44,072 nucleotides of DNA from a virus. Its lineage: Duplodnaviria > Caudoviricetes. Below the pieces are notes generated by a model that did no database searches, was not told where the DNA came from, and was given only the letters and a program-made list of their open reading frames with translations. The stretch's first letter is position 1, and every line of letters begins with the position of its first letter. Of the stretch, positions 36,437 to 44,072 are shown one piece after another. The stretch lies in the IMG/VR virus record IMGVR_UViG_3300033407_000039, positions 1 through 44,072 of that record, one strand, 5' to 3'. The translations under genes and the position numbers were made by a program.

Positions 36437-36469
36437 TGGGGCAGGTACATTACTAGTGGAGTATGAAAC

Positions 36470-36670
36470 ATGGATACGGAAACCAGACTGCAGGAATCAT
36501 GGGACGCACTAGCAGCGCTTGGTGTAGACGAACCCGAACAACTACGCTGTTACCACATACTGGAAAAATTGTGTGATGAAGACTTAGCAGATTACTTAGA
36601 TGACCTACTAGCACACATTGCGCGCAACGGATTAGTCTACTATGTGGATGGTGACGTATGGGTAGTATGA
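36470..36670 (+). CDS. Small acidic early protein
   Basis: 66 aa, D/E-rich, GGAG RBS; first gene after the promoter. Confidence 0.75.
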   Translation: MDTETRLQESWDALAALGVDEPEQLRCYHILEKLCDEDLADYLDDLLAHIARNGLVYYVDGDVWVV

Positions 36671-36828
36671 AACTTCACAGAATCGAAGCAGGTAAATACA
36701 GCTGCGCCATTGCCTATATAGAGTTTTGCCCCATGCTCAAAACATGGGGAGTCTATACCGAGGCGGGCGGTATCCCTTCAACTGAGTTTAAAACCCTGCG
36801 TGAAGTGCGCAACTATTTGGAGATCTAA
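36667..36828 (+). CDS. Small early protein (53 aa)
   Basis: Not in the ORF track. MKLHRIEAGKYSCAIAYIEFCPMLKTWGVY...FKTLREVRNYLEI; the ATGA overlap fills the gap exactly. Confidence 0.7.
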   Translation: MKLHRIEAGKYSCAIAYIEFCPMLKTWGVYTEAGGIPSTEFKTLREVRNYLEI

Positions 36829-36830
36829 CA

Positions 36831-37130
36831 ATGAAAATCATAACTAACAACGTACCGCGTAAGCTACTTTGCTACCACGATATACCGGCAGTAAAACAAA
36901 GCGATTTTAATTACCTGGAAACCGGCGAACAGTTTTCCCCACGTTTTGTAAAGTACAAATGCGAATACCATGATACACACGAGTTTATGCGCGTTGAAGG
37001 CTTGCGCTACCCTGCACACAATCCTCTGAAAGGCTGGGATGGTGTGCAATCTGATACTTATTTTAGCGGTGTTTTATTTAAATGGTCCGACAATTACGAG
37101 TATGTAATTGTTGGTCGCTACTATTCTTAA
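36831..37130 (+). CDS. Early hypothetical protein
   Basis: 99 aa, GGAG RBS; aromatic-rich GWDG..SD.YFSG motif. Confidence 0.75.
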   Translation: MKIITNNVPRKLLCYHDIPAVKQSDFNYLETGEQFSPRFVKYKCEYHDTHEFMRVEGLRYPAHNPLKGWDGVQSDTYFSGVLFKWSDNYEYVIVGRYYS

Positions 37131-37146
37131 ACTAGGAGATCCAACA

Positions 37147-37446
37147 ATGAAACCACAAACTTTCCACATATCCGCGCGCAAATGGTTTGATAAAGTGAAC
37201 GGCAATACATACCACTCAGTTACAATCTACCAGGATGGCACGATAGTCGCTGAAGCGCCCTACCAATATGGCTACGGCGACCAATACACGGAAACGGCCG
37301 CCAGTTTGCTGCAGGCCCTGGGCACACTGTCGGATCGCATAACCTACACTAATGGCGGGCAGGAACAATTGCGCCAATGGAGTGAGCGAACAGGGTTTGC
37401 ATACAGCATCGATTGTGCCGACGTAGCGCGCAAAAAAGACTTGTAA
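37147..37446 (+). CDS. Early hypothetical protein
   Basis: AGGAG RBS before the ATG at 37147; WFDKVNGNTYHS and YGYGDQY motifs. Confidence 0.75.
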   Translation: MKPQTFHISARKWFDKVNGNTYHSVTIYQDGTIVAEAPYQYGYGDQYTETAASLLQALGTLSDRITYTNGGQEQLRQWSERTGFAYSIDCADVARKKDL

Positions 37447-37460
37447 CAGGAGATATACAA

Positions 37461-37682
37461 ATGGAGTATATAATGCGAGTTAAATCAAACCATTTTCACC
37501 ACATGCGTGGCCACGTATGTGACGGTTGTGTGATTGTGGCGCCTAGTGGTAAAGAATTCAGGCTGCGTAACACCATACGCGGATGGATTGTAGACGGACC
37601 AGACGGACAACCATGTTCAGGTTACCTGGACTCAGTAATGGCGGTTGAGGTGTTTATGGTAAACGGGCTGCAGACGCACTAA
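37461..37682 (+). CDS. Early hypothetical protein
   Basis: AGGAG RBS before the ATG at 37461; followed by a terminator. Confidence 0.65.
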   Translation: MEYIMRVKSNHFHHMRGHVCDGCVIVAPSGKEFRLRNTIRGWIVDGPDGQPCSGYLDSVMAVEVFMVNGLQTH

Positions 37683-37705
37683 ACCGCCAAAATACCCCGA
37701 AAACT

Positions 37706-37726
37706 GGCGCTGAAAAGCGCCTTTTT
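37706..37726 (+). terminator. Rho-independent terminator
   Basis: GGCGCT-GAAA-AGCGCC followed by TTTTT. Confidence 0.85.
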
Positions 37727-37729
37727 GTG

Positions 37730-38460
37730 TGCGCAAATAGTGTTTTGTTTCAACTAATGGGGTAAATGGTCTGTAAACTGGTTTGCTAGTAAATGACTCA
37801 TATCATGTAAACATCGGTTTTTTAGATGTCACATTTAACCGCGGTTAAGTTTCACCTGTAAAACATTTTAAACTCATTCAAATCATAACCTGTAACATTG
37901 TAGGTTGTGTTTTGGTAATATTACCAGTCTCATAACCTGGAACATTGTAAGTTCTAAACACAAGTTTCAATGTTGCACTATGCTAACACAATATCTTGTT
38001 AAGTAGTCTACGTCATATTAAACGTCTAATGCTCTGAAGCATGATGCTACGCTAGTATGTTGTTGCGTAGTTTACAATATATTAACTCATTACCTGCCCA
38101 CCAGGATGCGCCAGGGGCTGCGGGTTTGTGCGCACGCTAACAAACACTGGCGGTTGGAATATTAAACCAACAATTTCGGGCCAGGGTATCCACGGAAAAC
38201 GGCCTGCGCAGCCAGTGATAGGGTTATTATTATTGTTTTGTTAACTAAAATATATATACAGTAACCGTTTTCGTCTTGTCAAAAAAATAACGCTTTTTCC
38301 CTGAGCGATATTTTAAGCTTAAAATGTTTATTTTTTGGCTCGGGCACCTAGCCCCACCTGTAAAGTTTTACATTGTAACAATATAAATAGTTATACCACC
38401 ACCTTTGCCCCGATTTTACATGATATGAGTTAGATCATTTTGCAAAAATATCTTGTACAA
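37730..38460. other. AT-rich non-coding region with inverted, direct and palindromic repeats (origin- or terminus-like)
   Basis: No ORF of 60 aa or more. It holds a 16-bp inverted repeat (37796-37811 / 38415-38430), a 20-bp direct repeat (37883, 37930) and perfect palindromes at 37835-37848, 37913-37926 and 38310-38325. Confidence 0.7.
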
Positions 38461-38463
38461 CAC

Positions 38464-38491
38464 TTGACAACCGCCACCATATCATTACACT
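38464..38491 (+). promoter_or_regulatory. Sigma70-type promoter
   Basis: TTGACA-16 nt-TACACT, upstream of the GGAG RBS and the ATG at 38527. Confidence 0.7.
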
Positions 38492-38526
38492 GTCACTATA
38501 CAGTCAAGTAACAGGGAGTCACCATC

Positions 38527-38784
38527 ATGAGATACACAGTACAGTTCTGGATCGCTGGTTATAGTGCCCCAGCTGGCGCCGACGTGGAGCACCACAACAA
38601 CCTGCGTAGTATAGGCGCAGCACTGCAGCGCGAACATGACCAAGCAGGGCAGTACGGCGCCGGATATGAGCCTAGCGAGTGCCTTGTGTGGCGTGGTGAG
38701 ATGGACGACACCACAGACATATACCCCGATATGCATGCCCAAATTGGCCCGCGTGGTGGTGTACAGTGGGACCACCATATATGA
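38527..38784 (+). CDS. Early hypothetical protein
   Basis: 85 aa, GGGAG RBS; ends with a GPRGG motif. Confidence 0.7.
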   Translation: MRYTVQFWIAGYSAPAGADVEHHNNLRSIGAALQREHDQAGQYGAGYEPSECLVWRGEMDDTTDIYPDMHAQIGPRGGVQWDHHI

Positions 38785-39272
38785 CCCGCTACCCCACAAC
38801 CAAAGCCCTGCGCATAGTATACCCACGTCTCCCGCGCGGCGCTGCACAACTGGCCCGCAACATTATGCGTGCGCAAGTAAACCCAGTGGATAACCCTGCG
38901 CAGTTTCCGCGCACTGTAGAACTTACGCAATTAGGGTTTGTGCCTACACCACTGCGCCTTATCCGCGTACTAGCCCTTGCCGAGCTGTTCCGCGTGCCCC
39001 TCGACGACGCACCAGAGGCGCCCATCCTGGCCCGTTACGGGGTTCACCAGGTACAGCGCCCTGGTGACACCGGGCCGGTCTATTGGCTCCACAGTGCCCA
39101 TAACCCGGACGCCCTGACCCTTTGCAGCGTGCCGCCGCCAGCACCACCAGGGCGCCGTGAGGTCCAGCGCGATCCGTGGCTATACCAGGACCCGCAAACC
39201 AGAGAGTCCTATCGGCTGGCCATACCGGCACAGCTACTGAAGCAACGCAACAGAGGTAATCGAAATGGATAG
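38781..39272 (+). CDS. Early hypothetical protein
   Basis: Start MTRYPTTK at 38781 with an ATGA overlap; basic and Pro-rich. Confidence 0.6.
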   Translation: MTRYPTTKALRIVYPRLPRGAAQLARNIMRAQVNPVDNPAQFPRTVELTQLGFVPTPLRLIRVLALAELFRVPLDDAPEAPILARYGVHQVQRPGDTGPVYWLHSAHNPDALTLCSVPPPAPPGRREVQRDPWLYQDPQTRESYRLAIPAQLLKQRNRGNRNG

Positions 39273-39453
39273 AACAGGGGATGATCCAGTTTGGGAAGTG
39301 TTGGAAAACTGGGTGGCAGATAATGACCCGGGCTTGTTAGAGGTAACGCGCTACCTGCCCATGACAGCCGCTTACGATATGCACCACTTGGTATGGTCGC
39401 GGCAGGGCCAACCGGACCTAAGTACTTACGAAAATGAACTAAAGGAGGTTTAA
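39265..39453 (+). CDS. Small acidic early protein
   Basis: 62 aa, GAGG RBS. Confidence 0.65.
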   Translation: MDRTGDDPVWEVLENWVADNDPGLLEVTRYLPMTAAYDMHHLVWSRQGQPDLSTYENELKEV

Positions 39454-39455
39454 CC

Positions 39456-39650
39456 ATGTTTACTGAGACAAACCCACTCTACAACGCCCTGGCCCGCGCC
39501 GACTGTGGCGACTTGCCGGACCTGCATCACCGCACCACCGGCGCCCGGGCACTAGCTGACAATTTTTGTCACCACTACCGTAGGGGCGCCACAACGTCAC
39601 AGGGGCAACGCGACGCTAAACCCGCCCCTGACCAAAGGGTAACCCGCTAA
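39456..39650 (+). CDS. Small early protein
   Basis: 64 aa, AAGGAGG RBS. Confidence 0.6.
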   Translation: MFTETNPLYNALARADCGDLPDLHHRTTGARALADNFCHHYRRGATTSQGQRDAKPAPDQRVTR

Positions 39651-39714
39651 AATCGCATCACGGCCCGCCAGCGAAGCCGCTGCGGACCCCAAACCACAAC
39701 CAGGAGTCACCACA

Positions 39715-40026
39715 ATGAAACAGTCCAACTTGACCGCCGGAGACTTTGTTGACGCTTTCCGCGCGTATGACCGGGTAAGCAACTTTGAGTATGACGGGCT
39801 CCACGCCCTTTATGAGTATCTGACCGACTTGGAAGACGGTACCGGCGACGAAATGGAACTTGATGTTGTGGCGTTGTGCTGCGACTTCACACGGTACGAG
39901 TCCCTGGAAGACTATTGCGAGCAGTATGGTGTTGAGCCTGATGACGCACCAGAACAGCCGGAGGACCTGGATGCTTTTGCTTGCATGGTCGGCGACGGCC
40001 CGGCCTTCATCACTTACGCACACTAA
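39715..40026 (+). CDS. Highly acidic early protein (possible DNA mimic/anti-restriction)
   Basis: 103 aa, AGGAG RBS; very D/E-rich with an F.Y.GL.AL.EYL...ELDVVALCCDF motif. Confidence 0.7.
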   Translation: MKQSNLTAGDFVDAFRAYDRVSNFEYDGLHALYEYLTDLEDGTGDEMELDVVALCCDFTRYESLEDYCEQYGVEPDDAPEQPEDLDAFACMVGDGPAFITYAH

Positions 40027-40103
40027 CCCGGCTCCACACTGTAGCCCATTGACACCAGTGGGCTATGTTGTGCAACCAGGACCGACAACGAGAGGTAAAC
40101 ACT

Positions 40104-40868
40104 ATGGACACTGAACACGAGTACCGCGGTTATACCATCCGCGTCATACCGGACGACTGCCCGGAGAATCCTTGGGAAGTGTGGGACGGCCAACCGCCAT
40201 TACTGGCTGCCCACTGTGGCCGTCACAGCGCTGACATTACCGGTCACGGGCTGGATCGCACTCCGCCGACGTTGACCCGGGAGCAGACCAAAGCCAACGG
40301 CGCTGCGATTGCCCGCGAGCTGGACGCCCGGTCGCTGTTGGACGCAATCGAGCAGTATGCCCCGTACCGACTGGCAACCTATGCCACCGCCACTGAAGCG
40401 GTCAACCATGCCATAAGCGAGTATGCCGACGGTATCGGCAACGGTAGCGACCTGACAGCGTTCCTCGCCAAGTGCTGGCGCTGGGCGGAGTGCGTTGCGC
40501 TGGATACCTGCAGCACTGGGTACAGTCAAGGCGATTATGTAGACCTGCTGCTGGTCGCTACACCCGAGTGGCTGCAGGCTACTGGCGTCGGTCCTGGGGA
40601 CACCTTGGAGCAGCTGCAGCACGCTGCCGAGCTGTATGGGCACTGGTGCTGGGGCAATGTGTACGGCTACCAGGTTGTGGACCCTGAAGGCGTCGAGATC
40701 GAGGATGGCAGCTGTTGGGGGTACTATGGCGACCCGGAGGACTCGGGGCTGTTGGATGACGCCCGCGCCGCGGTTGACTACGCTATTGCACAGAAACGCC
40801 GGGAGCACCTTAAAAAGGTCCGCGCGTACATTAAAAACCGCGTGCCCTTGCACGCCCGCACAGCCTGA
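40104..40868 (+). CDS. Acidic early protein
   Basis: GAGG RBS before the ATG at 40104; motifs D...ENP.E.WD, GYSQGD, W.WG.VYGY and SCWGYYG. Confidence 0.75.
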   Translation: MDTEHEYRGYTIRVIPDDCPENPWEVWDGQPPLLAAHCGRHSADITGHGLDRTPPTLTREQTKANGAAIARELDARSLLDAIEQYAPYRLATYATATEAVNHAISEYADGIGNGSDLTAFLAKCWRWAECVALDTCSTGYSQGDYVDLLLVATPEWLQATGVGPGDTLEQLQHAAELYGHWCWGNVYGYQVVDPEGVEIEDGSCWGYYGDPEDSGLLDDARAAVDYAIAQKRREHLKKVRAYIKNRVPLHARTA

Positions 40869-40879
40869 AGGGGAACACT

Positions 40880-41194
40880 ATGATACGCACCAGAAAAAAC
40901 TATGGCTGCGCCCTGCGCGTATATGACAACGGCGGTAAAACGTTTGATCGCTACACAATAATCCCACCGCGCTGGGCAACTGAGTACCGGGAACGCTCGC
41001 TACTATGGACAGCCATTGGTAGCAGCGAACACCCTTTCCACCCGCAAGGGTTCGGCCAACACGTCATGGCAGCGCCCGGCCCGCACCTGGGCAAGCGCAT
41101 ACACTGGTGGGACCTGCCCGCGGATGTCCAGCGCTTCGCCCGCGATACCTTCCCGGAATTTTGCCCACCACTGGAACAGGAGAACACCCAATGA
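40880..41194 (+). CDS. Early hypothetical protein
   Basis: 104 aa; YDNGGKTFDRYT and HPQGFGQH...HLGKRI.W.DLP motifs. Confidence 0.75.
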   Translation: MIRTRKNYGCALRVYDNGGKTFDRYTIIPPRWATEYRERSLLWTAIGSSEHPFHPQGFGQHVMAAPGPHLGKRIHWWDLPADVQRFARDTFPEFCPPLEQENTQ

Positions 41195-41409
41195 ATGAGA
41201 TAACCAACATGGAACGGGGCGAGCGGTTGTGTTACCCGCTTGAGGCATACCAGAGGAAAATGCACCTGCTTGACGAAGATTGGGAAACGGTTGCGGGGGA
41301 CTTCATCAGTGATTTTATGCACTGGTGCGATATGTATGGTGTTGACGTAGAGCGGGTAATAGCCAGTGCTAAATCTATTTATCAGGAGGAAATCGAAGAT
41401 GGAAATTAA
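41191..41409 (+). CDS. Small acidic early protein
   Basis: Start MNEITNM at 41191 behind AGGAG; D.ISD.MHWCD motif. Confidence 0.7.
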   Translation: MNEITNMERGERLCYPLEAYQRKMHLLDEDWETVAGDFISDFMHWCDMYGVDVERVIASAKSIYQEEIEDGN

Positions 41410-41803
41410 CATCACAAACTTTTTCACTCGCGCGTGCCCGTCTGACTACTTCGCTAGCGTTGCAGAGAAAGGCCCGGATGCCGGGCCAATGACCTGGGCG
41501 GCCGCAGTAGGTGATGCCCCGTACTATAACCTGCTGGACACTGAGGAAAAGCGGCAGGCAGTACGGGAATACGTCGCGGAGTTCGGTGCATGGGGTGATG
41601 AGGAAATTGCTGGTTGGTCGGATGTGGAACTGAACGCCCTGTTTATACAACTTACCAGTGGTGATATTCGCGAGGCCATTGCAGACGATGGGGAGGGTAA
41701 CTGGAGCTGGGATGAATACCAGAAAGGTGCCGAGGCGGGCCAGCACAGTGGTAATCTGTTCCTCGGTGATGACAACCAGGTTTACTATTACGTAGGGATT
41801 TAA
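41399..41803 (+). CDS. Acidic early protein
   Basis: Start MEINITN at 41399 behind AGGAGG; FGAWGDEEI motif. Confidence 0.7.
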   Translation: MEINITNFFTRACPSDYFASVAEKGPDAGPMTWAAAVGDAPYYNLLDTEEKRQAVREYVAEFGAWGDEEIAGWSDVELNALFIQLTSGDIREAIADDGEGNWSWDEYQKGAEAGQHSGNLFLGDDNQVYYYVGI

Positions 41804-41806
41804 CCA

Positions 41807-42049
41807 ATGCACATGCAAATAAAATCCCGCATCCTGGGACGTACACTGACATTCACCCGTCCGGGCCGCAGCTACCTGTACGTAGATCTCAACGGCAGCG
41901 AAGGCAGCTTAGGAAAGCAGCTGTGCCGAGACGGTCGCACCACCGGCAGCACGATAACCCTCCGCGGCGAGCACCAACCTGACTTTAACCGGCTGTGCCG
42001 CCGTTGGTACACCCAATACATCCGCAACGTCAAGCGAGGAACTGAGTAA
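41807..42049 (+). CDS. Small basic early protein
   Basis: 80 aa, tightly packed in the operon. Confidence 0.65.
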   Translation: MHMQIKSRILGRTLTFTRPGRSYLYVDLNGSEGSLGKQLCRDGRTTGSTITLRGEHQPDFNRLCRRWYTQYIRNVKRGTE

Positions 42050-42540
42050 TGAGTCACACAACCAAAACCGCACTACAGGAACTGCGCAAGCAGCGTAACA
42101 CGGGCAAAACCTGGGCGCAGCTCGCCCAATGGTCCGGTTTGGCAGCGTCCACTATGATGGCTTTGCACGACGGCACAACCGACCGGCACCGGAAACGCAC
42201 TTGGCACAAGCTAGTGGTCTGGGCTGACAAATACCACCCAATAGTGGCAACGCACCCACAACAGGTAATTGAGCGTGGCGCGGCGCAAATAAGGGCTAAG
42301 GTTGAGCCCCACCTGATCGACATAGGGAAGTCCCTCACTGCTGCAGCGATGCAACACCAACCAGATCTCCTGGAGGACGGGCTGGCGCCGATACTCGCGG
42401 CCCGGGAAAAGTCACTGAAGGAAGCCAATGTACTGATAGAACTGCGGGGCAAGACCATCGCCCGGCTGGAGTCTGAGACCGTCAACCTTCGTGCGGCGCT
42501 GTTCGATGCGTTGCGCGAGTCACTGAAGGGAAAAGTATGA
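42049..42540 (+). CDS. Putative HTH DNA-binding protein with a C-terminal coiled coil
   Basis: LQELRKQR.TGKTWAQLAQWSGLAASTM is an XRE-like HTH pattern. Confidence 0.55.
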   Translation: MSHTTKTALQELRKQRNTGKTWAQLAQWSGLAASTMMALHDGTTDRHRKRTWHKLVVWADKYHPIVATHPQQVIERGAAQIRAKVEPHLIDIGKSLTAAAMQHQPDLLEDGLAPILAAREKSLKEANVLIELRGKTIARLESETVNLRAALFDALRESLKGKV

Positions 42541-42719
42541 AAATCCAACGCACCGGCGACCATTACACTGCTACCCTGCGCACCGATGGGGTACTATCCA
42601 TCTGTGAGGCGCCGACCCGGAAGGAGGCCGCGGCGGGGTGCTACATCATGCGCCTGGAAAGGCTTTTGAAGAAACGCCGGGAGAAACTGGACAGCGATCC
42701 GCTGGGAGTGGTGAAGTGA
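42537..42719 (+). CDS. Hypothetical protein
   Basis: 60 aa, ATGA overlap. Confidence 0.6.
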   Translation: MKIQRTGDHYTATLRTDGVLSICEAPTRKEAAAGCYIMRLERLLKKRREKLDSDPLGVVK

Positions 42720-43075
42720 AAACACATCTGTATGTGGCTGTAAACCTACGTGAAGCAGGGAGACGCGCTCGCCTGCTAGTGGACAGAAACCCGGGTAGCC
42801 GCTTCTGCTATTACAACGTAAAGGTGACAATGCCCAATGGGGACAGACACCTGTTCGTTACCCAGGACTTTACCCCGGAGAAAATTAAAGGACTGGAACT
42901 AGCGTTGTGGGAGGCAGACCCTGAAGCACGTCTGACGGTGGACCAGTGGACTACATTGGTAAGCAGGGTTTTCCCAACAGACACACCCCTCACCTCTGTT
43001 GAGGCCGCTGCCCGTGTGCTGGAGGACCACGACATGCTGGAGGAAGCGGAGAAACTGCGGGACATTTACCGATGA
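42716..43075 (+). CDS. Hypothetical protein
   Basis: Likely GTG start at 42716 overlapping the previous stop (GTGA), with GGAG upstream. Confidence 0.6.
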   Translation: MKTHLYVAVNLREAGRRARLLVDRNPGSRFCYYNVKVTMPNGDRHLFVTQDFTPEKIKGLELALWEADPEARLTVDQWTTLVSRVFPTDTPLTSVEAAARVLEDHDMLEEAEKLRDIYR

Positions 43076-43302
43076 CCCTCTGCCCCCACTGCGGCGCCCC
43101 GCTAGTCTCCCTGAGTAGCCAGAACCTGAAGTTGTGCCCGGACTGCAAGGGGCAGTACCCTTGGCCGCTGAAGCCGGAGCAACGGCCAATAGTGAACAGC
43201 CAGAGAGGGGACAAGCGCCAGCGTGCGGACCCAACAGACGGCGGTGTGGAGTGGCTTGGTGACAGTAACCGCGCTATCCACCAGCAGGTGTATGGAAAGT
43301 AG
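43072..43302 (+). CDS. Small zinc-ribbon protein
   Basis: CPHC...CPDC pairs; ATGA overlap. Confidence 0.65.
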   Translation: MTLCPHCGAPLVSLSSQNLKLCPDCKGQYPWPLKPEQRPIVNSQRGDKRQRADPTDGGVEWLGDSNRAIHQQVYGK

Positions 43303-43331
43303 TTGCGTCTGGTGTGATACCCTGCTACACT
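43303..43331 (+). promoter_or_regulatory. Sigma70-type promoter with an extended -10
   Basis: TTGCGT-17 nt-TACACT with TG one base upstream of the -10; followed by a GAGG RBS and the ATG at 43363. Confidence 0.65.
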
Positions 43332-43362
43332 GTTTATACACAATAGTAATGAGGTCAGTAAA

Positions 43363-43842
43363 ATGAGCCAGACAACAATACAAACCACCGACGAACTACT
43401 GGCACTGCGCGATGCCGATGGCGTCATCAGGATTGATGCCGATCTGCGCATTGAATGCGATGTGCCTTGGTCGGCTGGGAAAGACATTGCGGGGCTGGTA
43501 GTTGACGGCTACCTGGACTGCCGGGGCGATTACCTCATCATCCTCGGTGATTTCAAGTGGGCGCAGGCGCACAAGCCCGCTATGCCCGAAAAATCCTATA
43601 TCAAGCGAGTCTTGCCCCACGAGCACCAGCGCGACCACTGGCAAGATCGCCTCGGTATGGACCTCAGTGAAGGTTGTTACGAAACCCTGTGCGGCAAGGT
43701 GCTCAAGCAAATCGTCCGACTGCTCAACGATGACAAATGGAATTCCACGGAACGCTGGATGCTGGAAACCCTGCGGGACAGCGAGAAAGCCGTGCCGAAG
43801 TGGGTTGCTGAAATCCGCGGGCAATCGAGGAACGCCGCATGA
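43363..43842 (+). CDS. Hypothetical protein
   Basis: 159 aa, GAGG RBS. Confidence 0.7.
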   Translation: MSQTTIQTTDELLALRDADGVIRIDADLRIECDVPWSAGKDIAGLVVDGYLDCRGDYLIILGDFKWAQAHKPAMPEKSYIKRVLPHEHQRDHWQDRLGMDLSEGCYETLCGKVLKQIVRLLNDDKWNSTERWMLETLRDSEKAVPKWVAEIRGQSRNAA

Positions 43843-43997
43843 CACCCAAAAATCGCAAGATCCCACAGAAGGCTGTGGCGTTGAGTGTGGCGGGGCGTAA
43901 CGCCTGGGACCAGCTCAAGGTGAAACTGGAGAAGGAGGTGGGCATGTCATTGACCCACGACCAGGTGGTATTTCAACTGTTAAAGAGGGTCAGCTAG
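43839..43997 (+). CDS. 52-aa protein, possibly an RHH-like DNA binder
   Basis: Not in the ORF track. MTPKNRKIPQKAVALSVAGRNAWDQLKVKLEKEVGMSLTHDQVVFQLLKRVS; GAGG RBS and ATGA overlap. Confidence 0.55.
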   Translation: MTPKNRKIPQKAVALSVAGRNAWDQLKVKLEKEVGMSLTHDQVVFQLLKRVS

Positions 43998-44072
43998 TGG
44001 CTTCACCGGAAAAAAAGGTCAAGCAGAAAATCCGCCAGATCCTCGACAGCTTCGATGCCTACCACTTCATGC
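43997..44072 (+). CDS. VRR-NUC-like nuclease, N-terminus only (truncated by the window edge)
   Basis: GTG start; MASPEKKVKQKIRQILDSFDAYHFM matches the PE.KVK..I..L....Y.FM start of phage VRR-NUC proteins. Confidence 0.6.
   Translation, partial: MASPEKKVKQKIRQILDSFDAYHFM

Larger units (their letters stand above)
1..44072. mobile_element. Tailed dsDNA bacteriophage genome (partial), podovirus-like
   Basis: Contiguous terminase-portal-scaffold-capsid-tail-ejection-lysis module on the minus strand, divergent early genes on the plus strand, no host housekeeping genes. No tape-measure, sheath or tube gene was recognised. Confidence 0.95.

Noticed and set aside
37730-38460. Possible CRISPR mini-array or tRNA in the AT-rich region
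   Set aside because: There are only two copies of a 20-bp repeat with a 27-bp palindromic spacer, no cas genes, and no cloverleaf or T-loop motif that I could identify.
1-44072. Stop-codon reassignment or programmed read-through
   Set aside because: Genes are intact and tightly packed under the standard code, and TAA, TAG and TGA all end genes.
1-44072. Assignment as a prophage or temperate phage
   Set aside because: No integrase, att site, CI-like repressor or flanking host gene is in the window, so lifestyle cannot be determined.

Overview
The whole window is a partial genome of a tailed dsDNA phage, probably podovirus-like, infecting a Gram-negative host. The spanins support a Gram-negative host, and a SutA-like motif suggests a gammaproteobacterium. 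The minus strand (about 35950 down to 1) is the late arm. In order it carries: a small ribbon-helix-helix (RHH) regulator, a putative TerS, a ~5.3 kb accessory block inserted before TerL, TerL, portal, scaffold, an N4-gp56-type major capsid protein, a decoration protein, adaptor and nozzle/tail genes, ejection proteins including a 2312-aa polyvalent protein, and an endolysin/holin/Rz/Rz1 lysis cassette cut by the left edge. The plus strand (36470 to the end) is an early arm of small, mostly acidic ORFs behind sigma70-like promoters. It is interrupted by a ~750 bp AT-rich non-coding region full of palindromes and ends in a truncated VRR-NUC-like nuclease. No integrase, polymerase, tRNA or CRISPR array is visible. 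The most unusual items are: two parallel 'repeat scaffold + small subunit' fibre-like modules, one tipped by an M14 zinc carboxypeptidase domain; a chimeric ORF ending in a GH24 lysozyme C-terminus; a Tat-signal Asp-box propeller inside the tail operon; and the inverted-repeat-bounded AT-rich region. All protein calls come from motif recognition and gene order only; no searches were run.
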